From contig CAXXFV010000027.1 of the NCBI GenBank assembly GCA_963674595.2, forward strand, positions 1 through 64,000: a DNA stretch of 64,000 nt, in the 5' to 3' direction. Made by a program: the position numbers and the translations under genes. The notes under the pieces were generated by a model. It did no database searches, was not told where the DNA came from, and worked only from the letters and a program-made list of their open reading frames with translations. Position 1 is the first letter of the stretch, and the number at the start of each line of letters is the position of its first letter. Source of the stretch: a bacterium (GTDB taxonomy: Bacteria; Zhuqueibacterota; Zhuqueibacteria; Residuimicrobiales; Krinioviventaceae). Below, piece after piece: positions 62,899 to 64,000 of the stretch.

Positions 62899-64000
62899 AT
62901 GCCATTTTCCAGAAGAAATTTTTTAAAATCGGTTGCCTTAAATAGTCTGATATTTACAGGAGCAGGCCATCTTGATCTTTATGGACAAACGCCTCCGGAA
63001 AATAAAGATGTGAAACACTGGGACGTTATTGTTGTCGGTGGCGGTCCTGGTGGTGTACCGGCCGCCGTTGCTGCAGCACGAAACGGAGCCCGGGTTTTGC
63101 TTATTGAAAGGTACGGATTTCTGGGTGGTATGGCAACATCAGCCCTTGTCCATCCTTATATGAAATATAACGCAGGCGATCAAATTATTATTCAGGGACT
63201 TTTTAAGGAATTCCTGGATATTTTGGAGGAAAACGGGGCTTTGTTACCGGACCGCAGGACATTTGATGTCGAATCCATGAAATGGCTTCTTGATCGATTT
63301 GTTTTGGACTCGAATGTTGATCTTTTATTACACACATCTGCGATTGGGGTCTTTCATAAAGATAATCAAATCAAAGCTGTAAAAGTTTATCACAAGGGCG
63401 GCGTTGAAGATCTGAGTGCTGATTTTTTTATAGACGCCACCGGTGACGGAGATATTGCCGCATGGGCCGGTTCAAAAATAGAAATCGGACGCGATAGTGA
63501 TCATGCTGTTCAACCGATGACAACCTGTTTTCGTATGGCAAATGTTGAAATCGATAAAATACCAGAATCAGGTGAAATAAATAAATTATATGATAAAGCC
63601 AAAGCAAACGGTGAAATTGAAAATCCCCGTGAAAATGTATTGAAATTTAAAACCGTTCATCCGGATGTTGTGCATTTCAACACAACACGGATTATCGGCA
63701 AGTCCGCATTAGATGGATGGGAACTAACTCAAGCTGAATGTGAAGGACGAAGGCAGGTTGAGCAAATGGTGAGTTTTTTAAAGAAATATATTTCCGGTTT
63801 TGAACAATCCTATCTTTCCAAAATTGCCGCACAAATAGGTATTCGTGAATCAAGAAGAGTTATTGGGGAATACATTTTAACAGGTGAGGATGTTATAAAA
63901 GCGCGCCATTTTAAAGACGCTATAGCCTGTGCTTCTTATGATATTGATATACATAATCCATCGGGTACCGGGACAGTCATTCGTCGTTTGGAACCAGGAA
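62899..64000 (+). CDS. Tat-exported FAD-dependent oxidoreductase, 3' truncated (absent from the ORF track)
   Basis: Read manually: MPFSRRNFLKSVAL..., DVIVVGGGPGG, LIERYGFLGGMAT, IDATGDGDIA, GIRESRR; RBS GAGG. Confidence 0.85.
   Translation, partial: MPFSRRNFLKSVALNSLIFTGAGHLDLYGQTPPENKDVKHWDVIVVGGGPGGVPAAVAAARNGARVLLIERYGFLGGMATSALVHPYMKYNAGDQIIIQGLFKEFLDILEENGALLPDRRTFDVESMKWLLDRFVLDSNVDLLLHTSAIGVFHKDNQIKAVKVYHKGGVEDLSADFFIDATGDGDIAAWAGSKIEIGRDSDHAVQPMTTCFRMANVEIDKIPESGEINKLYDKAKANGEIENPRENVLKFKTVHPDVVHFNTTRIIGKSALDGWELTQAECEGRRQVEQMVSFLKKYISGFEQSYLSKIAAQIGIRESRRVIGEYILTGEDVIKARHFKDAIACASYDIDIHNPSGTGTVIRRLEPG

Overview
Low-GC (roughly 35-38% by eye) bacterial chromosome segment. Every real gene in the 64 kb lies on the + strand. 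Gene content (PorV-like barrel, protein with a FlgD-Ig-like C-terminal tail, alternative complex III, [FeFe]-hydrogenases) suggests an FCB-superphylum anaerobe such as KSB1 or Calditrichota; this is inference only. The first ~22 kb is a hydrogen-signalling supercluster built from two parallel modules. Each module has a group-C-like sensory [FeFe]-hydrogenase fused to a histidine kinase, two single-domain response regulators, a REC-PAS hybrid kinase and an NAD-linked multimeric [FeFe]-hydrogenase. The first hydrogenase has the electron-bifurcating HydB signature and the second has the non-bifurcating, NADH-only signature. One sigma54 activator with a candidate -24/-12 promoter and enhancer palindromes is the only DNA-binding output. 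The middle of the window holds metabolic and housekeeping genes: SSS transporter, two buk genes, hypAB, mlaEFD, gdhA, xylA, actABCDEF, purM, gpsA, asnS, acyP, apt and ptb. From ~51 to 60 kb, five unrelated genes are broken by many single-base frameshifts, most likely sequencing or consensus error. The window ends with AlaX, a secreted nitrilase-family protein and a truncated Tat-exported FAD oxidoreductase. No rRNA, tRNA, CRISPR array or mobile element was seen.
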